A DNA stretch of 64,000 nt, taken from contig CAWDVW010000005.1 of the NCBI GenBank assembly GCA_963805855.1, positions 448,001-512,000 of the forward strand, in the 5' to 3' direction. The position numbers and the translations under genes were made by a program. This DNA comes from Candidatus Dadabacteria bacterium. GTDB lineage: Bacteria > Desulfobacterota_D > UBA1144 > Nemesobacterales > CSP1-2. This document shows, piece after piece, positions 44,701 to 53,572 of this stretch. Each line of letters starts with the position of its first letter. The first letter of the stretch is position 1. The notes under the pieces were generated by a model. That model was not told the DNA's origin, ran no database searches, and saw only the letters and a program-made list of their open reading frames with translations.

Positions 44701-45049
44701 AGAGGGCCTGAGTGTCCTGGACGAGGCGCTGGATATGGTGGACAGGAATGGAGAACGCCGATGGGAGGCAGAGCTCTATCGGCTCAAGGGAGAATTGTTA
44801 CTTGGCCTCTCTCAAGACAATCACAAGGACGTCGAAACATGTTTTTGTCAGGCTATCGATGTTGCTCGCCGTCAGAGTGCAAAGTCCTTGGAGCTGCGGG
44901 CAGTGATGAGTCTGGGACGTCTGTGGGAGAAACGGGGGAAAAAAGAAGAAGCCCGAAAAATGCTCTCCGAGATTTACGGCTGGTTCACGGAGGGATTTGA
45001 GTCCAAAGATATAAAAGAGGCAAAGGCCTTGCTAGAAGAGTTATCTTGA
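41798..45049 (+). CDS. Zinc ribbon-class III cyclase-STAND ATPase-TPR protein
   Basis: FCDLVGST, KYLGDG, GETPNVAARL, GEAGIGKS, EDLHW, WFTEGF C-terminus; paralog of 6267-9620. Confidence 0.93.
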   Translation: MLCINCGFENPSGFKFCGECGTPIAKDSQELKPHKKHKDEAERRQLTVMFCDLVGSTYLSQQLDPEELRDVIKEYQGACAEVISHFDGHLAKYLGDGILVYFGYPRAHEDDANRAVRAGLEIVGVIHELPLHNTQLQQALQVRIGIHTGLVVAGEMGGGKRREPMAIVGETPNVAARLQGLAEPNTVVISGATHKLVEGFFEHKNLGMHALKGISTPMEVYQVLQESGVYSRFEAAVTKGLTPLVGREQEVGILLDRWQQAKEGRGQVVLIGGEAGIGKSRLVQMMKESLAGESHARIEVRCSPFYQNSALYPLIDNLQRVLQFSREDSSEEKLGKLEKTLEQYDFPLREVFPLFASLLSLPLPDYYPPLNLTPQKQKQKTLEAFLAWMLKEAERDPMLSVVEDLHWVDSSTLEYLSLLVERVPSSRIFALFTFHPNFSPPWPIRSHMTQIMLNRFTRKQAEVMVERGTGGKAFPAEVIQQIVNKTDGVPLFVEELTKMVLESGLLSERESYYELTGPLPSLAIPTTLQDSLMARLDRLATAKEVAQLGATLGREFTYELLQTVSPLDETTLQRELGKLVKAELLYQRGPLPQAKYFFKHSLIQQAAYQSLLKSKRQHYHQIIAQVLEEKFPETVETQPEFLAYHYTEAGSREQAIPYWQKAGQRAIERSANLEAIGHLTKGLELLKNMPETPEHTQQELTLQIALGVPLIATKGGSSPEVEKVYTRARELCKKVGETPQLFPVLFGLWRVYIGRAELQTARNLGEELLSLAQSVKDPALFLQAHHALWTTLSYLGDLSLARKHLEQGIALYHPQQYKSHAFIYGGHDPGVCCRSYLAWVLWLLGYPEQALKKSQEALKLAQDLSHPNSLAIALDSAAIVHQLCREEQAVREQAEAIIALSLEQEFRFSLALGTIMRGWALAELGQREEGITQMRQGMAAFRGTGSELGLSYTLSLLGEVFGKGGQTEEGLSVLDEALDMVDRNGERRWEAELYRLKGELLLGLSQDNHKDVETCFCQAIDVARRQSAKSLELRAVMSLGRLWEKRGKKEEARKMLSEIYGWFTEGFESKDIKEAKALLEELS

Positions 45050-45202
45050 AGCTTTGAAGAATAAAGCACAGATAGGTTGCCTAACAATCTCCCCGTACTC
45101 TATGACAATTTGTTCCGATAACCTCGGCCAAATGACAACCTAAAGCTGAGGTTCTGCGATTCTCAAACTTATTGATGTAAATTAAATCTAGAGGTCGGGG
45201 AA

Positions 45203-45358
45203 AGGCGATGTTTTACCTGTGGGTTTGACAATCCTGAAGGTATGAATTTCTGTCGCAAGTGTGCTGCGTCACTTGGACCTGGTTGTCCGAATTGCGGTTT
45301 TAAGAACCCGCCTGGGTTCGAGTATTGCGGCAAGTGCGCCGCTCCTATTTTGATGTAG
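45203..45358 (+). pseudogene. Orphan double zinc ribbon remnant of another cyclase gene
   Basis: CFTCGFDNPEGMNFCRKC...CPNCGFKNPPGFEYCGKC; expected ATG reads AGG after GAGG; not in ORF track. Confidence 0.75.
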
Positions 45359-45731
45359 GAACGGGAAAAGGGTATTTTTTGCAGCCTGCTATATTTGATG
45401 AAGTAGATAATAGCATGAGGATAGCTCAGGAAGAGATATTTAACCGGTATTAGCGACTATTCAATTTGAGGATTTAGATGAGGTTATACAAAAGGGAAAT
45501 GACACTATTTTTGGATTACCGGCGGCAATATGGACAAGGGATATAAAAAAGGCGCACATAGCGGCAAGAAAGCTCAAGGCGGGTACTGTTTGGATTAACA
45601 CTTATCATACTTACGATATGGGTTCATTCTTTGGCGGATACAAGATGAGCGGATTCGGAAGAGAGCTGGGGATGCAGGCGATGGATTTATACACACAGGT
45701 CAAAAGCGTATTTGTCGATTTGAATATGTAG
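45359..45731 (+). pseudogene. 3' fragment of an aldehyde dehydrogenase
   Basis: GYFLQP, IAQEEIF (shift) PVL, GTVWINTY, FGGYKMSGFGRELG; not in ORF track. Confidence 0.85.
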
Positions 45732-45769
45732 AGTTCAAACGCTAAGTCGGTAGGCATTGTATCATAAAG

Positions 45770-45831
45770 TGTAGCGTCGGTTCCTCAAATCTATCCACCC
45801 AAAATTACCCGTTCGGGGAACGGGCGCTACA
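45770..45831. repeat. Inverted pair of GTAG-type REP-like sequences
   Basis: TGTAGCGTCGGTTCC ... CCCGTTCGGGGAACGGGCGCTACA. Confidence 0.6.
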
Positions 45832-45901
45832 ATTCAGAAGCTTGACAAAACCTCCAATATAACTTGATAATAAATAGAAATTCATAACTGATGACATACA
45901 G

Positions 45902-46867
45902 ATGAATTACAGAAAACTCGGGAATACGGATTTAGAGCTGTCCGAGATCGGATTTGGTTGCTGGGCCATGGGTGGAGGATGGGGGAAGACCGATGATAAG
46001 GAATCAATTGCGGCCGCAAGGCGTGCACTTGATTTAGGAATTAACTTTTTCGATACCGCGGACGTGTATGGCTTCGGGCACTCAGAAGAGGTTCTGGCCA
46101 AGGCACTGGGAAAGAATAGAAAGAATGCAATAATAGCTACAAAGGGAGGGCTCGTTTGGGATGAACATGGCTGCCTTTTCAGGGCCAGTTCGAGGCATCA
46201 CCTAATTAATGCAGTGGACGCGAGCCTGAAGAGACTTAAAACCGACTACATAGATCTTTATCAAATTCACTGGCCCGACCCAAACACAACATTCGAAGTA
46301 ACAATGAAGGTAATGGATGATTTGGTTAAATCGGGCAAGGTACGCTACGTAGGGGTTTCAAACTTTACAAGAAAACAGATGAAGGAATGCCTGAAAGTCA
46401 GACAAATAAACTCCCTCCAGCCACCGTATAATATGTTTATGAGGGATATTGAAAAGGACTTTTCGTTCTGTAAGGGGAACGGAATAGGTATCGTAACCTA
46501 CGGTCCACTTGCCTATGGACTTTTAACAGGGAAATTCACAAAAGAAACAAAGTTCCCCGATACCGATTGGCGATCGGGAAGGCTATTCCCCGACCCGGGT
46601 GACTGGCAGGCGCATATCGACATCTTTCACGGAAGCCATTTTAAAAGAAATCTCGGAATCGTAGAAAAACTTAAAAAGATAGCACAAGAGCTTGGAAAGA
46701 CAGTCGGACAGTTGTCGATAGCATGGGTTTTATCCAATCCAGAAGTCACTTCAGCAATCGTTGGTGCAAAGAGGCCTTCCCAACTAGAACAAAACGTCGG
46801 CGGAGCAGGCTGGAAAATCCCTAAAGATGAAAAAACGAAAATCAACGAACTATTAAATCTAAAATAA
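45902..46867 (+). CDS. Aldo/keto reductase
   Basis: IGFGCW, FDTADVYG, IDLYQIHWPD, GVSNF. Confidence 0.92.
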   Translation: MNYRKLGNTDLELSEIGFGCWAMGGGWGKTDDKESIAAARRALDLGINFFDTADVYGFGHSEEVLAKALGKNRKNAIIATKGGLVWDEHGCLFRASSRHHLINAVDASLKRLKTDYIDLYQIHWPDPNTTFEVTMKVMDDLVKSGKVRYVGVSNFTRKQMKECLKVRQINSLQPPYNMFMRDIEKDFSFCKGNGIGIVTYGPLAYGLLTGKFTKETKFPDTDWRSGRLFPDPGDWQAHIDIFHGSHFKRNLGIVEKLKKIAQELGKTVGQLSIAWVLSNPEVTSAIVGAKRPSQLEQNVGGAGWKIPKDEKTKINELLNLK

Positions 46868-47031
46868 TTAGCCAATCACTACACCTAGTCATTAAAGAAA
46901 AATCGTCTATAAATCGAAAGAAGTTGGAAACCCGCAGAATTCCGCTACAATTAAAGTAAATATATGTAGAAGAAAACTTCAGCATTCCAATCAAAATCTA
47001 CAAAACTATCGCCAAATCGGAGGGAATTAAG

Positions 47032-47754
47032 ATGTCAAAGAAATCATATCTTGTTCTATTGTGCCTTGTACTTAGCTTACTAATAAGCAGCGTCGCATTT
47101 TCGCAAACTGTAAATAACGAGAAAAATACGCTCCAAGTAAATGGAAAAGGCGCAGTTACCGCAAAGCCCGATAAAGCTAACCTCACAATTTCAGTCGATA
47201 CGACAAATCTAAATGCCTCAACTGCGGTAAAGGAAAACGCGGAAAAAATGAATAAGGTTATGGAAAAACTGAAATCTCAGACAGGAAAAAATGATAAAAT
47301 TTCTACAACAGGCTATAACCTTTCGCCCATCTACACATATGACGAAAAAACGAGAAAATCAGAGCTGTCAGGTTACCGGGTGTCCAACAGCATTATCGTC
47401 GAATCGAAGAATCTTGAAGTTATCGGCAAGTCAATCGATTCTGCAACCCAGGCCGGAGCGAACCGAATCGATAGCCTTAGCTTTGACACAGACAAAAAAG
47501 ACGAGTACAGAAGGCAGGCTCTGGTAAAGGCGGTACAGGATGCAAGGGAGACGGCAGACATTGTAGCCAAAGCCGCCGGTGTAACAATAGTTAAAATTAT
47601 CCAGATCTCCCCGTCTTACGAAATTCCCATACCGGTCTATAGGGAGTTTGCTTTAACTGCCAGAGAAGCCGGTGCCGCACCTCCGCCAACACAAATCGAA
47701 CCGGGCGAACTTACCGTTAATGCATCAGTCAATATAGTATTTGAGATTCAGTAA
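47032..47754 (+). CDS. SIMPL/DUF541 periplasmic protein
   Basis: Signal peptide, VNGKGAVTAKPD, GYRVSN, AGANRI, IEPGE. Confidence 0.88.
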   Translation: MSKKSYLVLLCLVLSLLISSVAFSQTVNNEKNTLQVNGKGAVTAKPDKANLTISVDTTNLNASTAVKENAEKMNKVMEKLKSQTGKNDKISTTGYNLSPIYTYDEKTRKSELSGYRVSNSIIVESKNLEVIGKSIDSATQAGANRIDSLSFDTDKKDEYRRQALVKAVQDARETADIVAKAAGVTIVKIIQISPSYEIPIPVYREFALTAREAGAAPPPTQIEPGELTVNASVNIVFEIQ

Positions 47755-47762
47755 ACTTCTAC

Positions 47763-48104
47763 TCAAGCCACGGGCTTGCACTCATCGCAGGTACACAGCT
47801 CTCTGAGAAACTCGAACGTATATATTCCGGTTTCGTGTCGGTCGTTCCATTTAAATCTGATGGCGTAGAGACCTATATCCTCAATTTCATCTGGCCTTAT
47901 ACTTGTTGACCCCACTCCGATCGGGATCGTCTTCCTAAACGAGGATCTACCCTTCCCTCCTGACTTGCCCGATCCACTGCAAGAGGCGCAGGGACAAGCA
48001 TTTCTGAGATCTTCGTAGAGATATAAACTCTCGTGCCCATCATTCCAGACAATCAGTAATGTGGTATCGCTGAATTCGGATATCTCTTTTGGTTTGGGTT
48101 CCAT
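47763..48104 (-). CDS. DUF971 (GBBH-like N-terminal) protein
   Basis: WNDGHES, LRNACPCASC, GLYAI, WNDRHETGIY. Confidence 0.85.
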   Translation of the reverse strand: MEPKPKEISEFSDTTLLIVWNDGHESLYLYEDLRNACPCASCSGSGKSGGKGRSSFRKTIPIGVGSTSIRPDEIEDIGLYAIRFKWNDRHETGIYTFEFLRELCTCDECKPVA

Positions 48105-48239
48105 TGGAGCTAATTATAAAAAGCTTCCTTGAAATTATGCGACTATTTTACCAGATTTGCTTATTCAGTTTTCGCGCCTTCCTAACGAACAGCCTATAAG
48201 ATCCTGACTTTACTCGTTCTTCCCAATTCATAGGAATGA

Positions 48240-48721
48240 AAAACCCTGCAGCAAGTTGCAGAGTATCATAATAGAAACCAGAAGTCTCAGATGTCATTGG
48301 TGTAGATGTTAGATATTTCATGGACAAAATCCTACAAATAATATATTTCCTGGGAATTTGCTCAACCGTCATCCTCGAATGCTTTTATCGGGGATCCATT
48401 CTTTAATCTTTTATTTTCTTTGTCTTGATACAAAGAAACAACCCTTCGACATCGCTCAGGAGAAGGACTTACAAAGCCGTGTCATATCGAGCGAAGGCGA
48501 GATATCTATCTTTTTTTATAAATAAAGTTCTCTCAGTCACTTTGTTCCTTCGAGATGACCGTAATGATTGTCACTTTTTTTAACGCTTCCGGAATTGATT
48601 TTGGGAATTTTTTGAATGCCCATTTAAGATCTAAGATACTGTCCCCGAATTATGTAACATCTACAGCAATGACAGGCGATGGGAAACCCTGTAGCAAGCT
48701 ACAGGGAATTCACTAATTAAA
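48240..48721. repeat. Mosaic cluster of palindromic REP-like elements
   Basis: CTGCAGC-AA-GTTGCAG (48246), CGTCATCCTCGAA..ATCGGGGATCCA (48367), CCCTTCGACATCGCTCAGG (48442), TGTCATATCGAGCGAAGGCGAGATATCT..TTCGAGATGAC (48480-48559), CCCTGTAGC-AA-GCTACAGGG (48687). Confidence 0.65.
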
Positions 48722-48871
48722 GATAAAATTCGCACATTACCAAAAATTGGCTAACCGACACAATCGAACTCAACTGAGATTATACGTTCTTTCACCAGTA
48801 ATGACAAAATTTGATAAGCAATCCATCAACCATTTGAAGATTTGATCTCTAAATTGTATAATCGATAACGG

Positions 48872-49630
48872 ATGGAAAAAGACGTAGACGTAATTGACAC
48901 GGTAACCAACTGGCTAAAGGAATCAAAAAAAATCATTGCTCTTACAGGGGCCGAACTCTCAATCGAATCGGGGTTGCCAGATTTTTCGGATCCTAGGCTA
49001 AATCCTCATATAAGAGAATTTCGCGAAAATAGAGATGTAAGGGCTCAATACTGGAAGAAGATTGGGGAGATCTACCCTATGCTCTCAAAGGCGAAACCGA
49101 ATCCTGCGCACGAGGCATTGGCGGAGCTCGAAATGTTAGGGAACCTCGATTGTATTTTCACCCAGACTACAGACGGACTACATCATAAAGCCGGCAGTTC
49201 GGTAGTCATTGAGCTTCATAGTACCATATTATGGATTACATGCACCAGTTGTGGAAAGGACTACCCATTGGAATGGATTCAAAATGTTCTCGACAAAGGA
49301 AAAGATATACCCGAGTGCGAGCAATGCGGTAAAGACACTTTAAAGCCACCGATTTCATTTCCTGGTCAGCCACTCCCCCATTGGGAAGTTAGAGAGGCCT
49401 GGATGAGGCTGAGGAATTGTGATCTCCTTTTAGTCGTAGGAGCATCTCTAGACGTTTCACCAATTTCATCACTTCCTACAGTTGCTTCCGAGGGTGGTGC
49501 AAAGGTTGTGATCATAAGCGAGAGGCAGAGCCCTTGGGATGATTTTGCAGATGCAGTTATCTATGGAAAACCCAGCCAGGTTCTTCCATTCCTGGTTGCT
49601 AAATTAAAAAAAGGTATAGCACTAGCTTAG
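48872..49630 (+). CDS. Sir2/CobB-family protein with degenerate NAD-binding motifs
   Basis: TGAELS, PNPAH, TQTTDGLH, ELH, CTSC/CEQC zinc site, GASL. Confidence 0.82.
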   Translation: MEKDVDVIDTVTNWLKESKKIIALTGAELSIESGLPDFSDPRLNPHIREFRENRDVRAQYWKKIGEIYPMLSKAKPNPAHEALAELEMLGNLDCIFTQTTDGLHHKAGSSVVIELHSTILWITCTSCGKDYPLEWIQNVLDKGKDIPECEQCGKDTLKPPISFPGQPLPHWEVREAWMRLRNCDLLLVVGASLDVSPISSLPTVASEGGAKVVIISERQSPWDDFADAVIYGKPSQVLPFLVAKLKKGIALA

Positions 49631-49726
49631 GTATCCCATAAGTTGTGAAGAGATCTGATGTCCTATATTCTTGATTAGTTTCCTGGCATATGTACATTTA
49701 ATTCAATTGGATCTTCTAAGACAACT

Positions 49727-51214
49727 ATGGCTGAGAAAAGTAGACCAATCGGCGACGAAATAAAACAATACGTATCAAACCTCGATAGGGACATATACAC
49801 GGTAGGTAATATCCCCGAAGAGGTGATAGCCGTAATTTTTGCCTACGTTAGCAGGAGTCCAAAGAGCTTCAGAGACAACATCATGACCGTGATTCAGGAA
49901 GAGCAACTCGGCCGGGAGAGAGCTAGCGAGTTCCATGAAAAGTGGGTTCTTAACTACGGCCACGCCTCGGTGGCTGAGCACGCCGCGGTTCACATCGGAA
50001 TTGAAAGGGTCTCACGTCTCTTCTCTTCACTGCTTGAACTTTCGAACGAGTATCTGTCCTTCACAGAATACTCTCAGAGATACCAGAAACCAGAAAAAGG
50101 GGATTTTTACGTACCGGAAGAAATAAATAAAGTTCCCTCGCTTCTCAACGAATATATCGAACTAAATAACGAACTCTATGATACTTATACGAAGATTAAT
50201 GATAATCTTTTTGAGTTTCTAAAGATGAGTTCCCCAGTCCCGCAAGGCAAGGAAGAAAAAGCCCATCTTAGAGCAATTGAAAAAATAGCCTTCGAGGACG
50301 CAAGATATGCACTGACTCTTGCAACCCTGACAAATTTGGGTATGACAGCAAATGCGCGCGCAATCGAAGATACTCTCACTAAGCTGTTATCGAATAAATA
50401 CCCTGAGGCGAGAAGAAGAGCTAAGGAAATAAAGGAAGAGGTGAGATTCTCCGTCCCTACGCTTGTAAAATATGCCGACGAAAATAAATACATCAGCGAA
50501 ACCAACCAACAACTAGACCATATTGCTAGTTCCTATATTAGCTTAGTCCACAGCAATAAAAGACATGCACCTGGAGTAAAGCTGCTGGATTGGACCGGGA
50601 AAGACATGCCTAATGCCGAAGAAAGTGCGATTACGAAGATGATAAATGCAATTCTATTTGAGCATTCAGACCTCAGATACGAGGACATTGTAATATCAAC
50701 GAAGCCGAATCATCTTCAGAACAACTTGCTTATTCTCAGAGAGGCAATTGAAAACCTCGGAAAGTTCGATAATCCAATAAATGCTTTTAGACTGATAAAT
50801 TATGAAGCAGAGTTCACGATAAGCGAGGCTTGTTGGCACCAGCTCCTCAGACACAGGAGAGTAAACTGGTTCTATAAGGATCCGAGTGTTTCAAATGGAA
50901 TCACAATTCCACCAAATATCGAAGAGTCTGGATCAAGCGGGCTTCTTGAGGAAGCAACAAGCAGGAGTGAAGCTCTGTTTGAAAAATTAATGAATGAGGA
51001 CCTTGCACAAGTGGCAAGCTATGTAGTAACAAATGCTCATAACAGGCGCGTATTAGGCAATTTCGATCTATGGGAGCTCTATCATTTAATAAACCTCAGG
51101 ATGTCAGAGGGAGCCCAATGGGACATCAAAAATGTCATAGGTCTGCTTGCAACAGAAGTAAGCAAGTTTCATCCGAATTTAGTGGAACCAGCCCTAAAAA
51201 GAGTGAAGTCTTAA
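49727..51214 (+). CDS. thyX: FAD-dependent thymidylate synthase, tandem-domain type
   Basis: YGHASVAEH, EYSQRY, DARY, QLLRHR, LRMSEGAQWDI. Confidence 0.85.
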   Translation: MAEKSRPIGDEIKQYVSNLDRDIYTVGNIPEEVIAVIFAYVSRSPKSFRDNIMTVIQEEQLGRERASEFHEKWVLNYGHASVAEHAAVHIGIERVSRLFSSLLELSNEYLSFTEYSQRYQKPEKGDFYVPEEINKVPSLLNEYIELNNELYDTYTKINDNLFEFLKMSSPVPQGKEEKAHLRAIEKIAFEDARYALTLATLTNLGMTANARAIEDTLTKLLSNKYPEARRRAKEIKEEVRFSVPTLVKYADENKYISETNQQLDHIASSYISLVHSNKRHAPGVKLLDWTGKDMPNAEESAITKMINAILFEHSDLRYEDIVISTKPNHLQNNLLILREAIENLGKFDNPINAFRLINYEAEFTISEACWHQLLRHRRVNWFYKDPSVSNGITIPPNIEESGSSGLLEEATSRSEALFEKLMNEDLAQVASYVVTNAHNRRVLGNFDLWELYHLINLRMSEGAQWDIKNVIGLLATEVSKFHPNLVEPALKRVKS

Positions 51215-51252
51215 TTAGGCTAGAATATTTTGGGACAAAGTAACACTGGCAG

Positions 51253-51439
51253 AATGACTATTACAAAATGCGATGAATGTGGATACGAAATCAGCATAAA
51301 GACTGATACTTGCCCTAACTGTGGAGATAGAATAACGAGAAAGGTGAGCACCGTTTGGGCTATAGCTAGAAGGTTTATACTAATTATATTTGCTATTTAT
51401 ATCTTCATTTCCGCTATAAAGTATCTTAACTTTAATTAA
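51253..51439 (+). CDS. Small zinc-ribbon membrane protein
   Basis: CDECG...CPNCG then hydrophobic helix; ATG at 51253. Confidence 0.65.
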
Positions 51440-51471
51440 TACCTGATCGCCAAAGATCCTTTTCAAGAAGA

Positions 51472-52272
51472 TCAATAGAGTGTTTTAATCTCAACCCGTG
51501 GGTGTGGGTGAAAAGGATTCATGATGTCGACAATTATAAGGAAGATAAGAGCTCCGACGGGGAGAAGTAACGAACCCAGGTTCCACCAGTATTTTGCTAA
51601 GCTACCCATACTGGCTCCGATAATATAAGCAGACCACATACAACCTGATAGAAAAGAATATCGAAAAGAGTCCTGACTTATAGATACGCGCAGAACCTTA
51701 GACATCCGACCAATAGATCTCCCTTTCGTATGATCACGAAGCCAGTAAAGAAACCTCACCCCCTCCTCGGCAAAGCTGTTTAAAACGCCTGTAACATAAG
51801 TTGTGTGAAGACCGTAGCTCCCGATTCGACGGATTGTCGCGTTCTGGAGTCCCATTGACAATAGAGGCAATGAAGCCAGCAAGTAAAATTTCCACGCTGT
51901 GTCGGTTTCTATATATCCATGACCTGTTGACCGCATGCCGAATGACATAAATAAAAAAAGAAGAAAAGCCTCTATTCCCAGCACAAGAGAATAGCTCGAC
52001 TTTAAGCCCCGTCTTATACACGTCTCACTTAGAATCCTGCCCGCGGCTATGCCAATGACAAATACCGGGATAGGAAAAAAATGGTGGAATGCTAAATTCC
52101 AATTACCCTGACCTACATAAGCGCCCAATGCCGCGCTGTTTCCGCTCATATGAGCTACGAACATATGAAACAATACAAGAAAACCGATCGCATCCACGCT
52201 TCCTCCAACCCAAGACAGGAGAAATGCGGGCCAGGCGCCTATGTGCTTCTGTGAACTCCTAGTTTGTTCCAA
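51472..52272 (-). CDS. YoaK/DUF1275 membrane protein
   Basis: GGSVDAIGF, FVAHMSGN, MGLQNA, TTYVTG. Confidence 0.88.
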   Translation of the reverse strand: MEQTRSSQKHIGAWPAFLLSWVGGSVDAIGFLVLFHMFVAHMSGNSAALGAYVGQGNWNLAFHHFFPIPVFVIGIAAGRILSETCIRRGLKSSYSLVLGIEAFLLFLFMSFGMRSTGHGYIETDTAWKFYLLASLPLLSMGLQNATIRRIGSYGLHTTYVTGVLNSFAEEGVRFLYWLRDHTKGRSIGRMSKVLRVSISQDSFRYSFLSGCMWSAYIIGASMGSLAKYWWNLGSLLLPVGALIFLIIVDIMNPFHPHPRVEIKTLY

Positions 52273-52476
52273 TACAGTTCCTCCTAATAAAAAGGTTCAC
52301 CGGGCGGTTTTATTTTTTGGATCTTAAATCTCTAACAATTTAATGATTAGCAGGCTTTCTGTGAGAAATCAATGACTTATCAGCATCCCACAGTCTTGGA
52401 TAAGAACGTCCTACAGAAATAGTCTAAGATGTTAAAGTGGGATGGTATTGGGTCTAGAACCAAAAAAACGAACTCG

Positions 52477-53496
52477 TCAAATTAAATTGTTTATCTCTGG
52501 CAATTCGATCAAACTTATCCCGGCGGTTCGAATCAGTTCTTTTATCTCATCGCGTGGGATCGAATCAGTTATGATGTGATTAGCCCTCCCGCCGAGTTCG
52601 TCCCTCAATAGACGAGGATCGCCACTTCTGTTCTTTTCTAAATGTTTTGAGAGTATCTCCTCAAGTCCGCGCTGCGTTTCATAAATTATAGTTGGTTTCA
52701 CTTCAAGTATGTCTTCAAAGAAAGCTTCCCTCGTCTCTGCCACAACCATTCTGAATCCGATATAAATGGCAAGATAGTTTATTAGCTTTTCATATGGACT
52801 GACCGAGGGTAGATAAGAGTACGTTTGTTCTTCCTCGTTAAGATTAAAAAGTCTTTCCGAAGCACACTTCAGAGACTCAATGATACCTTGATGAGTAATT
52901 TCCCTCTTTCCACCGGCCGCTTGCGAGCCGTGTTTGTAAAATACGCAGGCTACACTTTTTGATAGCACATTGCTTGCAATCTTTCTTAAATCATCTTCAA
53001 GCTGTTTTCTCTTTAGCATCCCAAATTTAATAAGACTCTTAAATTGAATAACCCTGCCATCATTTCCCCCCTCAGCTCCAGAAAATACTACTATCTTCTT
53101 CAAATTCGACATTCTCTCGGATACAGCTAAGACATTGTTTAAACCACTGGCATCTTCAACGAAAATGAACTTAACGTCATAATCCTTAGCAATTTCAGGA
53201 ATTCTTTCCGCAGCCCCATTTCTAACGATGGGGATCATTACTCCGCCGAGATGATAAACTGCAAATTCAGTGACAAGCGATTCTATCCTATTCCCTGAAA
53301 TGATTAGAACCGCATCACCGTGATTGAAATCCAAATCCAATAGAAAACAGGCGACACTTTTTACATCTCTATCGAAATCAAGCCAGGTGATCTGCTTCCA
53401 GCTCCAACCATCCTTCCTCTGTAACAATAACTTTCCGCTATATTTGCTGATTCGATTGTCGATGAGCTTGGGAATCGTTGTTTCAGATTCAGTCAT
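52477..53496 (-). CDS. Degenerate AMP-binding (long-chain acyl-CoA synthetase-like) protein, N-terminal part only
   Basis: WKQITW, GDAVLIISGNR, SYLP, EVKPT, LGGR; lacks YTSGTTG and the C-domain. Confidence 0.7.
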   Translation of the reverse strand: MTESETTIPKLIDNRISKYSGKLLLQRKDGWSWKQITWLDFDRDVKSVACFLLDLDFNHGDAVLIISGNRIESLVTEFAVYHLGGVMIPIVRNGAAERIPEIAKDYDVKFIFVEDASGLNNVLAVSERMSNLKKIVVFSGAEGGNDGRVIQFKSLIKFGMLKRKQLEDDLRKIASNVLSKSVACVFYKHGSQAAGGKREITHQGIIESLKCASERLFNLNEEEQTYSYLPSVSPYEKLINYLAIYIGFRMVVAETREAFFEDILEVKPTIIYETQRGLEEILSKHLEKNRSGDPRLLRDELGGRANHIITDSIPRDEIKELIRTAGISLIELPEINNLI

Positions 53497-53572
53497 ATTT
53501 CGCCAACTTAGTTAAGAGTAGTTACGTCAGGTAAAGTATTACAATATACATAAGAACTATATAATTAAAACC

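Noticed and set aside
48872-49630. SIR2 anti-phage NADase (Thoeris/DSR type)
   Set aside because: CobB-like size with zinc finger, housekeeping context and degenerate NAD site
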